DNA of 64,000 nucleotides from Candidatus Bathyarchaeia archaeon (lineage in GTDB: Archaea > Thermoproteota > Bathyarchaeia > Bathyarchaeales > Bathycorpusculaceae): the NCBI GenBank assembly GCA_050010755.1, contig JBEKKK010000001.1, positions 896,001 to 960,000 on the forward strand. Direction: 5' to 3'. Shown here piece after piece: positions 27,553 through 37,893 of this stretch. How positions within the stretch are numbered: position 1 is the stretch's first letter; each line of letters begins with the position of its first letter. A model generated the notes under the pieces. The model was given only the letters and a program-made list of their open reading frames with translations. It was not told the DNA's origin and did no database searches. A program made the translations under genes and the position numbers.

Positions 27553-29398
27553 AATGCGAACACCATAATTTCTTTTGGAAAAGCGCGCGCGTTAGGCTCC
27601 TCCTCTTTTTTTGTAGTATGGCTAAAGCTGAACTGATAATCAGCGCAATTGCTAAGATTGGTGTCAAGATTCCAGTGTTTGGAAATTCTGGTATTTGATT
27701 GTTGGCTACGGTGAAGGAAATCGTGTTTGAAGCTCCGACGAGGCCTAGCTTGTCTGCTGCGTAGACTGTTAGCGTGTGCGTGCCTGGGGTTAGCCCGGTC
27801 AGGGTGATGCTCTGGTTTGCAGTGGTGTTTGTTTGCCCGTCTAGGCTGTAAGCGGCCCACGAGACAGGTTTGTTCACTGTAAAGTTCAAAAGTACACTGT
27901 TGGTGTTAAACGTACTATTCTGTTTTGATTGGATGGAAACGTCTACCGGTACGGTGTCAACTGCAAAGCTTCCAAAGTACACGGTGTTTGAGGCTCCGGT
28001 GTTAAATGCTGGGTCGGTGGCGTACACGGTTATGTTGTGGAATCCGTCTGGAAGTTGGGGCAGGGTGGTGTTTCCAGTTATGGTGACGTTTAATCCGTTG
28101 TCTACGGCGTAGCCCATCCACTGAACGGGCTGGTTACTGTAGAAAGTCAAGGGAACACTGCTTGAAACGTATGTGCTGTTTTCAGGGGATAAGACTGTGA
28201 TGGTTGGAGGCGTAACGTCAGTTTTCAGCGTGACCATCGTGAGGTCAACGTAAAGCCCGCCCTGACCGAAGGTGTTTGATGCACCTGCCAATGCAAAATT
28301 GTCAGAGCTCATCTCAACTAGAGAATATGCTCGAGTGAACCATTCTTGCGGTTCTGTTACCGAGTCGTAGGTTTCGTTCCACAGTATGCCACCTGATGGA
28401 TCGGTTATTAGCAGGCATGCTCGGTCGCCGGTCATTGCATAGTTTCCATCACTGGTCTGGATCAATGAATACACTCCGAGTCCGGGGTAAGTCTGGCTCC
28501 ACATGACGTTGCCAGACGAGTCTGACTTTATCAGCCAAGCTCCGCGCGAGCCTGTGCTGTTTGTCATTGTCCAGCCCGCTAGGGCGTAGCCGCCGTCGCT
28601 TGTTTTGATAACCGATTCCGTCGTAGCCTCGTCGCTTGGTCCAGCATAAGTCTGATTCCACTGGATGTTGCCAACGGAGTCAACTTTCACGAGTCCAAAA
28701 GCGTTAGGATACGCTGTTGCCAAGGCGTAGCCGCCATCGCTTGTTTGAACCATGGAATTTGCCTCTTGCCCAGGGAGGGTTTGACTCCATATCATGTTTC
28801 CAGCGGAGTCTGTTTTGACCAGCCAGGTGCTTTGGCCAGCCCCATCGGAAGAGTTCACGTAGCCTGCTAGGAGGTATCCACCGTCGTTCGTTTGAATTAC
28901 GGAGTTTGCCCCATCGTCTAGGAGACCACCGTATGTCGCGTTCCATAGCATCGTACCGTTTGAATCAGTTTTAACCAGCCACATGTCAGTTCCGCCTGCG
29001 CCAAAAGAACTCGTATAGCCTGCCAACGCATAACCGCCGTCGCTGGTTTGAACCGCACACCTTGCCACATCATCCTGTAATCCACCATAAGTTTCGCTCC
29101 ACTGTAGCGAGGAAGTATTGGGCGCGATCTTCAAGAGCCACATGTCTGAGCCGCCCGCACCATAAGATCTGGTGTAGCCTGCTAATGCACAGCCGCCATC
29201 ACTAGTCTTTATTATTGAATAAGCCACGTTGTCCTGTGATCCGCCAAAACTGGTGCTAGATTCGAATAATGGTCCATAAGCCGCTTTAACTGGAACGCAA
29301 AAACAGGAAAAACTCACCATCAGGAATATCAAAAACATACAAACAAGAATTATGTGATGTCTTAAAGAGTGAACGTCCATAGGCCAACCCCCTCGCAC
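27545..29398 (-). CDS. cell-surface beta-propeller + Ig-like protein with PEF-CTERM sorting signal
   Basis: Repeated (I/V)xTSDGGYALAG..WL(V/I)KTDSxGN blades, two Ig-like domains, then IPEF + TM + KKRR. Confidence 0.85.
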   Translation of the reverse strand: MRGGWPMDVHSLRHHIILVCMFLIFLMVSFSCFCVPVKAAYGPLFESSTSFGGSQDNVAYSIIKTSDGGCALAGYTRSYGAGGSDMWLLKIAPNTSSLQWSETYGGLQDDVARCAVQTSDGGYALAGYTSSFGAGGTDMWLVKTDSNGTMLWNATYGGLLDDGANSVIQTNDGGYLLAGYVNSSDGAGQSTWLVKTDSAGNMIWSQTLPGQEANSMVQTSDGGYALATAYPNAFGLVKVDSVGNIQWNQTYAGPSDEATTESVIKTSDGGYALAGWTMTNSTGSRGAWLIKSDSSGNVMWSQTYPGLGVYSLIQTSDGNYAMTGDRACLLITDPSGGILWNETYDSVTEPQEWFTRAYSLVEMSSDNFALAGASNTFGQGGLYVDLTMVTLKTDVTPPTITVLSPENSTYVSSSVPLTFYSNQPVQWMGYAVDNGLNVTITGNTTLPQLPDGFHNITVYATDPAFNTGASNTVYFGSFAVDTVPVDVSIQSKQNSTFNTNSVLLNFTVNKPVSWAAYSLDGQTNTTANQSITLTGLTPGTHTLTVYAADKLGLVGASNTISFTVANNQIPEFPNTGILTPILAIALIISSALAILQKKRRSLTRALFQKKLWCSHYG

Positions 29399-29596
29399 AT
29401 TTATGTTCTCTTGCGCGCTTATATTTCTAATGTTTAGAATGCTTGCGCGCGAGAGTTTGAGGGGTGTGGCGATATCTTCACTTATCGTGAGTTCAAACCT
29501 GCCTCACGACAATATAGGCTAAAGAGGCTTAGCGCGCGCCAAGAAGAAAACTTATAATTCGACATTTTCGATAATGTATTATTTGATGGTCATTGC

Positions 29597-30241
29597 ATGA
29601 GAACCCAGCTGTTGAAGGAAGAATTTATTCTGAAACAAATGGAGGGGTCTTTGGACATCGAGGGCAAATGTTCGAGAGGTGAATGTTACTTAACTGATCG
29701 CAGACTAATCTTTGAGGAATCTGACAGCAGGACTCATCAAAAGAGAATTCCAGACGAGGAAAAGTTCGTAAAAGATGCTGCTGTAGGATATGCGCTCATG
29801 GGCGGCTTCGGAGCATTATACGGAGCTGTTAGGAACACAGAAAGTAACAAGGGAGAAGTGATTCCTGGAAGCGATATCAGTACATGGTTTGAGGAAGTGA
29901 CCGACCTAAAAGTGACAGACAGTGCGGTCGAGATGACAATTCAAAAAGACACGAGCAAACCTAAATTGGTCAGGTTTGAGGCAGCACCGCACGCAGGAAA
30001 ATTCACGGCGAGCGAACAGGAAAAGTTGAAAGAACTGCTGAAGAGCGGCAAACTGAATACGAAAAATCCTGAGAAACAAGCACTTGATCTGGAAGCAAAA
30101 CTTTCGCTTCTCATAGAGTTCAACGCAAAGAAAGGTTTTCTGAGGCCCGAGCAAAAAGTTGAATACGACATTTCCAGAAAAATGAATTCGGGCAAGACGA
30201 GGGAAGAGGCAATCAAAGAACTCTACGATGAAACAAGCTGA
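29597..30241 (+). CDS. hypothetical protein (possible PH/GRAM-like N-terminus)
   Basis: GECYLTDRRLIF motif; long ORF preceded by a TATA-like sequence. Confidence 0.55.
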   Translation: MRTQLLKEEFILKQMEGSLDIEGKCSRGECYLTDRRLIFEESDSRTHQKRIPDEEKFVKDAAVGYALMGGFGALYGAVRNTESNKGEVIPGSDISTWFEEVTDLKVTDSAVEMTIQKDTSKPKLVRFEAAPHAGKFTASEQEKLKELLKSGKLNTKNPEKQALDLEAKLSLLIEFNAKKGFLRPEQKVEYDISRKMNSGKTREEAIKELYDETS

Positions 30242-30271
30242 AATAATCACGCAAGGGCGCTACACAAATCT

Positions 30272-30781
30272 CTAGGGAGTTTTCAGGGTCAAAAGAAATT
30301 CGCAATATGGGTCTCCATGTCCTATACATTTCGTTTCCTTAACTTTTGGAGATACGTGTAGTATCCCTTCGTATATGCCTGAAAGCAAACCTATGATGTA
30401 AGTGCAATAGGTTGATTCTTTATCGCGCATCTCGGCGAAAATGTTATTCCAAACTCGGACTGTCATCCTCGCTTCTTCAAGCTTCAGTTCAGAAACTTCA
30501 AGTCTTCCTAAGCCGTTCTGAGAGAACCTCTTTGCGTAAAGACTCAATGAACTCTTGATATCAGTCTTTGCTTCTTTTCCAATCGAATCTACTATATTTC
30601 TGCCGGCCGCTCGGCTCGATTCTAGGAGAAGAACCTCAATCCCTGCCTTGAAAATCTCTGAGAGTCCTTTGAATACGCTTTCTAATCCCTTTTGATAAAC
30701 TACAAGAACCCTTTCCCCAGTCAATTTGTCTCTGATAATTCCGTTATCCTCATCAAAATCAAAATTTGCCAATGCGAACAC
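30272..30781 (-). CDS. V4R domain protein
   Basis: GLG...C...G...G...ETKCIGHGDPYCEF signature. Confidence 0.85.
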   Translation of the reverse strand: MFALANFDFDEDNGIIRDKLTGERVLVVYQKGLESVFKGLSEIFKAGIEVLLLESSRAAGRNIVDSIGKEAKTDIKSSLSLYAKRFSQNGLGRLEVSELKLEEARMTVRVWNNIFAEMRDKESTYCTYIIGLLSGIYEGILHVSPKVKETKCIGHGDPYCEFLLTLKTP

Positions 30782-30896
30782 TATATGCTACTTTGATGTT
30801 CCAGAAATAAAAGTTTTTAGCACGTACTTCAAACATTGCATTCATTCTTGTTTATGCTATTCGTACTGCCGAGGAGTGCGCGCGCTACGCGCCGTC

Positions 30897-31298
30897 TTAA
30901 TCACTCTTGCTTTCAGATATTAGCTTCTGTACCAGCCGCTCAATATCGTCTCTGATTTCTCTCACTTTCTCGATGGGCTTTCCCTTCGGGTCTTCCAGTT
31001 TCCAATCGATTGTTGGTTTAAAGAACGGTCCAGGGCAGATTCCTTGGTCATTGCATCCCATCGTAACAATCAAGTCAGAATCTTGTGCCATCTGAAAAGT
31101 GAGCAACTTGGGCTTATTCGTTGAGATGTCGATGCCTTTCTCCTTTAAGACTTCAACCACTACGGGATTAACTTTTTCGGCAGGTTTGTTGCCAGCGCTA
31201 GAGACGATAAATTTGTCTTTTCCGTACTTTTTAGCAAAAGCTTCTGCCATCTGGCTTCGGCCAGCATTCTCAACACAAACAAAAAGTATCCGCTTCAA
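30897..31298 (-). CDS. arsC: arsenate reductase (LMW-PTP/thioredoxin type)
   Basis: CVENAGRSQMAE, TMGC...CP and WKLEDP motifs. Confidence 0.85.
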   Translation of the reverse strand: MKRILFVCVENAGRSQMAEAFAKKYGKDKFIVSSAGNKPAEKVNPVVVEVLKEKGIDISTNKPKLLTFQMAQDSDLIVTMGCNDQGICPGPFFKPTIDWKLEDPKGKPIEKVREIRDDIERLVQKLISESKSD

Positions 31299-31367
31299 CT
31301 TGGTCCCTTAACAAGAGAATAAAAAACATATTTAAATGTGTTGTTATCATATCTTATTTGAAAAGAC

Positions 31368-31754
31368 ATGGCTATATCGAAGATTGACAAGAGGTTACAA
31401 CGGTTAGCAGCCTCTGGAATTTGCTCTGGCGAAACTGCCTCAGAATATGCTGAAAAGCTAAAGGAACAAGCAGACAAAAACCAAAGTTTGGAAAAAAGTG
31501 AAGCCCAGAGCAAAGTCCTCAAGGCTCTTGCAGACGCCATCAGATTGAGAATTCTAGGTTTGCTATCGTCCAAAGAGATGTGTGTTTGTGAAGTCATGGT
31601 TGCTCTCGATCTAACACAACCTACTGCTTCTCATCATCTGAGGATTCTAGAGAATGTTGGGCTGGTCAAGGACAGGAAAGAAGGAAAATGGGTTTTCTAC
31701 AGCATAGCAAACCCTGAGCTTCTTGAAGGCATGCGCAAACTGAAAATCCTTTGA
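31368..31754 (+). CDS. arsR: ArsR/SmtB metalloregulator
   Basis: KALAD..RL.IL..L...EMCVCE...QPTASHHL; divergent from arsC. Confidence 0.85.
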   Translation: MAISKIDKRLQRLAASGICSGETASEYAEKLKEQADKNQSLEKSEAQSKVLKALADAIRLRILGLLSSKEMCVCEVMVALDLTQPTASHHLRILENVGLVKDRKEGKWVFYSIANPELLEGMRKLKIL

Positions 31755-31841
31755 TTCTTTCAAGATGTAATCGTTGCAAAGCAATATGTTGTAACGATAG
31801 ATTTAAATTCTTGAATATGACTATTCGCCCTTTGTGAGCCA

Positions 31842-32099
31842 ATGAATATTGAGAAAGTTGTCCTGAAGTCTTCAAAAAAAGATTGTAATACATGTAGCAC
31901 ATGTGCAATTTTCAAGGCAGACAACCTCCGACACGCACTATCCAGGTTAAGCGGAGTATCAAAAGCTAAAGTTGACGAGATAACCGGTAAGGTCACGATA
32001 GAATACGATACACAAAAAATCATTCTTTCCAAGATCACTGAACGCATTGAAAAACTCGGCTACCAAGTTGAGATATTATCAAGAGAGGAACTTCAATGA
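31842..32099 (+). CDS. HMA-fold metallochaperone
   Basis: CNTCSTC motif and LSGVSKAKVD...IEKLGY HMA fold. Confidence 0.75.
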   Translation: MNIEKVVLKSSKKDCNTCSTCAIFKADNLRHALSRLSGVSKAKVDEITGKVTIEYDTQKIILSKITERIEKLGYQVEILSREELQ

Positions 32100-34048
32100 A
32101 AAGTCATATCGGGGGCCTTATTTTAGTAATTTTACTTGGGCTATTCGCTTTAGCAGGTGCCCTAATTCCTCGAACTCAAGTAGCTTATGCGCATGAAATT
32201 AGCATTATTTTGACTTTGATCGCCGTTGCGCTGGGCTACCGCATCTATTTGCATGGCATTCGATCTCTGCGGCATGGGAACGTTACCGCCCAGTTGTTTG
32301 CAACTATCGCCATCTTTATTTCAGTAGTAGCTGGTCTCATGTTACCCTCGGCATCAGCCACTGGCACTGCAGAAGCAGTCGGTTACCTCACAGCATCAGC
32401 AATAGTGGCATTCATAATACTCGCAGGTATGACGCTTGAGGACTACATCATCCATAGAACAAGAGGTGCACTTGAGGCTCTCACAAAGATGAGTCCCACT
32501 ACAGCTCGCATACGTCGAGACGGTGTAGAAGTTGAAGTACCTATAGACGAGGTCAAGTTAGGCGAAATCGTCTTAGTCAAACCAGGCGACAAAATACCCG
32601 TTGACGGAACAGTAATTTCCGGACACAGCACCGTTAACCAAGCAACCATAACGGGTGAATCAATTCCTGCGGAAAAGACGGCGGGGGATCGCACATTTGC
32701 TGGTACACTCAATGAACATGGAGCATTGGAAATTAAGGTTGAAAAAATCGCTGAGGACACTACCCTTGCCCACCTCATCCAACTAGTTGAAGAAGCTCAA
32801 GAGAAAAAAGCACCGATACAGAACGTTGCAGATCGGTTTACTACTTACTTCTTGCCAATCATGGCAATTTTATCTTCTTCTGTCTTTGCCGTCAGTTACT
32901 TCGCGCTCGGTTTTGACGTGGCACTAGCTAGAACCGTAACCGTGCTCTTGGTCGCATGCCCCTGCGCGCTTTCAATAGCTGTTCCAGTCGCTGTTGCCAG
33001 TACTATCGGTAATGCCAGCATGAACGGCATAATAATCAAGGGTGGTACACACATTGAGAAACTGAAGGACGTTAAGCTGGTCGCCTTCGACAAAACTGGC
33101 ACGTTGACCGTCGGCGAACCCAAAGTTGTTGAGATAAAAACCTTCGGTAATTACTCTGAGGCAGACGTAATAAAGTATGCAGCAGTTGCTGAGAAATTCT
33201 CAGAACATCCCCTGTCCAAAGCCATCATCGCCAAGGCAACTGAGATGGGCATGAAAATTCCTGACCCTACAGAATTCAAAACTATTCCGGGACACGGCGT
33301 GGACGCCTATTATGGAAACAAGCATATCCTAATTGGAACTAAGATGATGGAAACGGAGATTTCAGAAGAAGCGAATAAGTTGATGAATCGGGTTGAAAGC
33401 GAGGGGAGGACAGCTATTCCAGTAGCACTTGACAAAAATGTCATTGGTGTCATTGTTGTGGCTGACACAGTCAGGGAGAATTCTTTGGAAGCTATACATA
33501 GGCTCAAGCGGTTGGGAGTCAAGACTGCCATGATAACTGGCGACAATACGCGGACTGCCAAATCTATCGCTGAGCAGACCGGAGTTGATGAGTACCATGC
33601 TGAGCTTTTACCTGAACAGAAAGTTGCGGTCATTCGGGAAATGAAAAAAGGCAATGTTGTTGCGATGGTTGGTGACGGCGTGAATGATGCTCCTGCGTTG
33701 GCTAATGCGGACGTTGGGTTTGCGATGGGTGCCGCTGGTAGCGATGTGGCGGTTGAGACTGCGGACGTGGCTCTGCTTGGAGACGACTTGACAAAGGTTG
33801 AATATGCGATAAGCCTGAGTCGGAAGGCGTTTACCAGAATGAGGGGAAACATAGTTTACGCTTTCATCTGGAACATAGTCGCATTGAGTTTGGCCGCCCT
33901 AGGCATCCTAAATCCAGTCCTAGCCGTTGTTCTTGCAGAAGCCGGATGCATATCAGTGGTAATCAATTCCGCTTTACTGCTGCTGAGTAAGCCAAAGCCT
34001 CTACCGCACGCGATAACCGTTGGTACTGAAGCTCATCCTGTCACGTAA
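32096..34048 (+). CDS. P1B heavy-metal(loid) translocating ATPase
   Basis: TGES, CPC, DKTGT, SEHP and GDGVND motifs; no N-terminal metal-binding domain. Confidence 0.9.
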   Translation: MKSHIGGLILVILLGLFALAGALIPRTQVAYAHEISIILTLIAVALGYRIYLHGIRSLRHGNVTAQLFATIAIFISVVAGLMLPSASATGTAEAVGYLTASAIVAFIILAGMTLEDYIIHRTRGALEALTKMSPTTARIRRDGVEVEVPIDEVKLGEIVLVKPGDKIPVDGTVISGHSTVNQATITGESIPAEKTAGDRTFAGTLNEHGALEIKVEKIAEDTTLAHLIQLVEEAQEKKAPIQNVADRFTTYFLPIMAILSSSVFAVSYFALGFDVALARTVTVLLVACPCALSIAVPVAVASTIGNASMNGIIIKGGTHIEKLKDVKLVAFDKTGTLTVGEPKVVEIKTFGNYSEADVIKYAAVAEKFSEHPLSKAIIAKATEMGMKIPDPTEFKTIPGHGVDAYYGNKHILIGTKMMETEISEEANKLMNRVESEGRTAIPVALDKNVIGVIVVADTVRENSLEAIHRLKRLGVKTAMITGDNTRTAKSIAEQTGVDEYHAELLPEQKVAVIREMKKGNVVAMVGDGVNDAPALANADVGFAMGAAGSDVAVETADVALLGDDLTKVEYAISLSRKAFTRMRGNIVYAFIWNIVALSLAALGILNPVLAVVLAEAGCISVVINSALLLLSKPKPLPHAITVGTEAHPVT

Positions 34049-34057
34049 ATAGTGCGC

Positions 34058-34624
34058 TCATATCTTTTTTCCGATTGAGAACGTTTTTCCTATGGGTTTC
34101 CCAACTTTATGATATGTCATTTGTGCAGGATTCCACAGGATCGGTTTCACTTTTTCAATGTCTGGAAGGTTCTTTTCATTAAGCACAAGAGAATCAGCTT
34201 TGACATCCATGACTTCACCTATGAACTCCGTGTGTAGCCCAATTTTAACTATCTGAATAACCTTGCACTCTATTATCAGAGGAAATTCTTTCACATAGGG
34301 TGCATCAACAAGATCGCTTTTCACAGGAGTGAGTCCAGTTGCTGAGAATTTATCCACCGTTTTCCCCGAAGTGATGCCAAAATAATCAGCCTCCTTGGCA
34401 TGGGTTTCGGATGGAATCTTCACTGTGAACGATTTCCGTTCCATAATATTTCTATAGGTATACGTAGCTTTTCTCAGAGATACATAGATACACGGCGGCT
34501 GGGAACAACAAATTCCTCCCCAAGCAGCAGTCATAACATTTGGTTTTCCCTCTCGATCATAAGTTCCCACAACCCAGACGGGTGTCGTGGGAACGATAGT
34601 CTCTGCACCCAAAGATATTTTCAT
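34058..34624 (-). CDS. flavin reductase-like (flavoredoxin) protein
   Basis: [20 protein letters not shown] and H..FIGEV motifs. Confidence 0.85.
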   Translation of the reverse strand: MKISLGAETIVPTTPVWVVGTYDREGKPNVMTAAWGGICCSQPPCIYVSLRKATYTYRNIMERKSFTVKIPSETHAKEADYFGITSGKTVDKFSATGLTPVKSDLVDAPYVKEFPLIIECKVIQIVKIGLHTEFIGEVMDVKADSLVLNEKNLPDIEKVKPILWNPAQMTYHKVGKPIGKTFSIGKKI

Positions 34625-34704
34625 AAGAAACCTCCTAACGCGCGTTCTTCGAAATCGTCCATATTAAGATGTCTAGTGTATTTGATCTGCTTTCATTGTC
34701 TCTG

Positions 34705-35541
34705 TCAGTTTTTGGGTTTGATGGCTGAGACTTTCACGCTTGCAACAGTGGTGGCGATCTTTCTGATTTCTTGTTGCGGTATCTTCGAAGTTTTAACTAT
34801 TGCTTGTGCGGTGGGGTCGTTTGCCATGTTTTCGACTGGGAACTGGTTTTCTTCGGTTATCTTGACTTCCTTGAAACCAGCATCTTCTATCATCTGCAGA
34901 TATTTGCCTTTCATCTCTGCGCCTGAGATGCATCCGACGTATGCTTGAACGTTCCTTTTTATGATTTCAGGTAGTTTTTTTGACAGCACGATGTCCGAAA
35001 CCATAAGTCTTCCACCTGGTTTCAGTGTTCTGAAGGCTTCTTGGAATACACGTTTCTTGTCTGTTGACAGGTTTATGACGCAGTTCGAGATTAAGACGTC
35101 TACTGTGCTGTCGGCCACTGGCAGGTTTTCTATTTCCCCCAGCCTGAACTCCACGTTATCGTATTTGCCCTTCCTCGCGTTCTCCCTTGCCTTGTCAAGC
35201 ATCTCAGGCGTCATGTCCACGCCAATGATTTTGCCCGTCTTTCCGACCTTGTTTGCCGCCAGGAAACAGTCAAATCCTCCGCCAGAGCCCAAGTCCAGAA
35301 CGGTTTCTCCTTTCTTGAGAGAAGCCAACGCGACAGGGTTGCCGCATCCGAGACCAAGATTCGCGCCTTCTGGAACAGAACTCATTTCCTCTTCACTGTA
35401 GCCTACTCTCCTGCTGATGTCCTTGCTCACACTAGAAGCATTAGAGTCACATGGATTTGAGGTGCCGCAGCAGGATCTGTTGCTTTTGGCAGCCTTCGCG
35501 TATCCCTCGCGGACTACTTTTCTGACATTTTCTTCTTTCAT
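34705..35541 (-). CDS. arsM: arsenite S-adenosylmethionine methyltransferase
   Basis: SCC, LGLGCGNP, LDLGSGGGFDC, ISNCVINL and GCISGA motifs. Confidence 0.9.
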   Translation of the reverse strand: MKEENVRKVVREGYAKAAKSNRSCCGTSNPCDSNASSVSKDISRRVGYSEEEMSSVPEGANLGLGCGNPVALASLKKGETVLDLGSGGGFDCFLAANKVGKTGKIIGVDMTPEMLDKARENARKGKYDNVEFRLGEIENLPVADSTVDVLISNCVINLSTDKKRVFQEAFRTLKPGGRLMVSDIVLSKKLPEIIKRNVQAYVGCISGAEMKGKYLQMIEDAGFKEVKITEENQFPVENMANDPTAQAIVKTSKIPQQEIRKIATTVASVKVSAIKPKN

Positions 35542-35573
35542 GTTTTCATGTCCTGTTTGTTAGATCGTAAAGC

Positions 35574-35879
35574 TCAAACCTGGGTGCAACCACATTGGTC
35601 GTCATGATCTACCCATTCTTTGACTTCTTCTTCTGTCGAGCCGAATGGGCATTCATCCGAGTTGTTCGCGATATCTTTTCCAGTAAGGGTTGAGGCGAGT
35701 TTGTCCATTTTGCCGAATGCCCCCTTCCTGACGACTCTTCCTATGGCGAGTGCTTCGAGAATTTCCTTTTTGTCTGCTCCTGCTGACTTGGCTTGTGTGA
35801 GAGCGGTTTTGAGGCAAGGTTGGCAATTGGCGGTTACGGAAGCTCCGACTGCTATCAGCAACTTCGTTTTGTTTTCCAT
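35574..35879 (-). CDS. carboxymuconolactone decarboxylase/AhpD-like protein
   Basis: LIAVGAS..ANCQPC....AKSAGA...EI motif, with a Cys-containing tail. Confidence 0.75.
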   Translation of the reverse strand: MENKTKLLIAVGASVTANCQPCLKTALTQAKSAGADKKEILEALAIGRVVRKGAFGKMDKLASTLTGKDIANNSDECPFGSTEEEVKEWVDHDDQCGCTQV

Positions 35880-35976
35880 TTTAATCCTCCTGTTTCATTT
35901 AACTACTAAGTGAGAGTAGTAGAAAACTATTTAAGGCTTTTCTGACTCCTACTTACTGGAAGTAGGAGAAAACAGA

Positions 35977-36777
35977 GTGAGCATTAACGAAACAGTCGCT
36001 CGAGACCGGTTAGTTTCGAGGCTTAGAGAATTGGAATTGTCAACACATGAAGCGTTGATTTATCTCGCGCTTCTAGCGCATCCCAGAACAACGGCGAGCG
36101 CCCTGTGCAAGGAAACAGGCATTCCCGACTCAAAAATCTACTACGCACTCGACGGGCTCGCCAAGAAAAACATGCTAATTGTTCAGAAAGGCAACCCAAA
36201 CATCTACGTGCCTGTGTCGCCAAAGGAAGCTGTCGCTAACCTGAAACAGCAATTGACAGAGAGACTCAATGAAAGAATGAAAGAGGCGGACGTTCTGGTC
36301 GACATTTTGATGCCAATGTATGAAAGCACAGGAGAGCGGGAGGAACTAGAATTGGCCTACATCATCCGAGGACAAAAGAACATCATCAACAGAATGAAAG
36401 CACTAATCGAAACAGCACGGAAGGAAATCACAATTTTCATCTCTTACCCAGCAGTTATCAGAGCTGTTAAACAGTCATTGACAGATTCAAAGGAGAAACG
36501 CAGAGTCAAACTGAACATAGCAATGACTCAGGAGGTTTTCGAAAAAGAAAAACCGTCAGACCTCGGCGAAATCCGATTGCTATGTTGCTCGGTCGACTCG
36601 CTTGGATTGATAATCTCGGACATGAAAACGCTCTTAACAGTGTCAGACTGGATGGACGGGGCCGCGTTGCTCACACAAGATCAAAACTTGATTAGGGTCA
36701 CCAAAGACTATTTTGACAGCCCTGCGTGCTGCACAAAGATACGTTCTGAGAAAACGAAAAACCTGTCCCAGGTTTAA
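35977..36777 (+). CDS. TrmB family transcriptional regulator
   Basis: L....EA.IY.ALL...TASAL...GIP.SKIY..L..L N-terminal wHTH plus effector domain. Confidence 0.85.
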   Translation: MSINETVARDRLVSRLRELELSTHEALIYLALLAHPRTTASALCKETGIPDSKIYYALDGLAKKNMLIVQKGNPNIYVPVSPKEAVANLKQQLTERLNERMKEADVLVDILMPMYESTGEREELELAYIIRGQKNIINRMKALIETARKEITIFISYPAVIRAVKQSLTDSKEKRRVKLNIAMTQEVFEKEKPSDLGEIRLLCCSVDSLGLIISDMKTLLTVSDWMDGAALLTQDQNLIRVTKDYFDSPACCTKIRSEKTKNLSQV

Positions 36778-36891
36778 CACATTAACAACCTCCATACGGA
36801 CCTGTCCGTCCGCGACTTCACCTCACGCAGGTCTAAACTCTCCGTGTCGCACTCTTCAGAAATTAGCCGATTGCATGCGCTTCGAATGCGT

Positions 36892-37621
36892 TTATAGAGG
36901 TTTGGTCTGTGGTAGCGATCTTTCCTTTCTGCGTCGAGCAGTAGCTCCGGCAACTCCGACTAGAGCCGTCATGATGATCACAATGACCAAGGGCGAAAAC
37001 TCTGGCACCACAGTCGTCCAAGCGTTCGTGGCCACAAGAACGTAGCTCATGTTCAACGTGACACCTTCACCCGTCACATTGTCGACTTCGGAAACGCTAA
37101 CCGGCACGCCCGTCGCTACATCCCAATACGCATTCAAAGTATCGTTCTCCGCTCCTGTCACATTGCTCTGGATAGAGTGATCCGTCGGTCTCCCACCCAT
37201 AGTAACGGTTTCGTTCGCCCACGATCCCGAGTTCGGATAGGTCGGCTCGTCAACACTCAGGTTAGCGGCAACTAAATTCCAATTTATCGCTGTATTCGCC
37301 TTGTTCTCCGCCTCGCCGGTCGATACGTCCACAGACACCGTCGTTTTTTTTATCAGTTCCATTCTGGTACTGTCCCTCCAGCGAGTAAGTGACATTCGAA
37401 CCAGTCACGTCCGTAACAGTCGCCGTAACGTTAGTAACGCCGTACGCCCGCAAACCGACAATTTGAGCCTGAGAGCCAGACAGTGAAACATCATACTCAA
37501 AATAGTTCCCCATCTGAACACCTACACTCGAGTTCTGCGCACTTACCAGAGCCAACTGAGCTGAAAAAGCAAACGTCATCAAGAGAACAAGCATCCCCAT
37601 CAGCACAAATTCCCTTCTCAA
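36892..37621 (-). pseudogene. PEF-CTERM surface protein split by a +1 frameshift in an A8 tract
   Basis: The signal-peptide half (37262..37621) and the VPEF+TM+RRRK half (36892..37395) join as ...NGTDKKTTVSVDV if the T8 run at 37344-37351 is T7. Confidence 0.75.
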
Positions 37622-37893
37622 AGTCTCAATCCCTAAACAGTTCTCCGGGTTATCGCACTTAATTTGCCTAGACTTATTTAAGCGTTGGTGCCCGCGCTCA
37701 GTTTTCTGAGAATGTTCAGGAAATTCTCAGTTTCTTTCCTCTCCTAGTGCGCGCTATCGATTACGAAGTTACTACTACCAATTTAACGGGCGCCTAGGCG
37801 TGTGTGCTAGTCATTTCTCTTTTTTGACATATTAAGATGGCTGCAACTTCGCTTATATTACATCTTGACTAACTTTTCCTGAGGCTTAGGGAG

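Noticed and set aside
29485-29510. tRNA T-arm-like hairpin TCGTGAGTTCAAACCTGCCTCACGA as an att site
   Set aside because: It does not match the 3' end of either tRNA in the window well enough.
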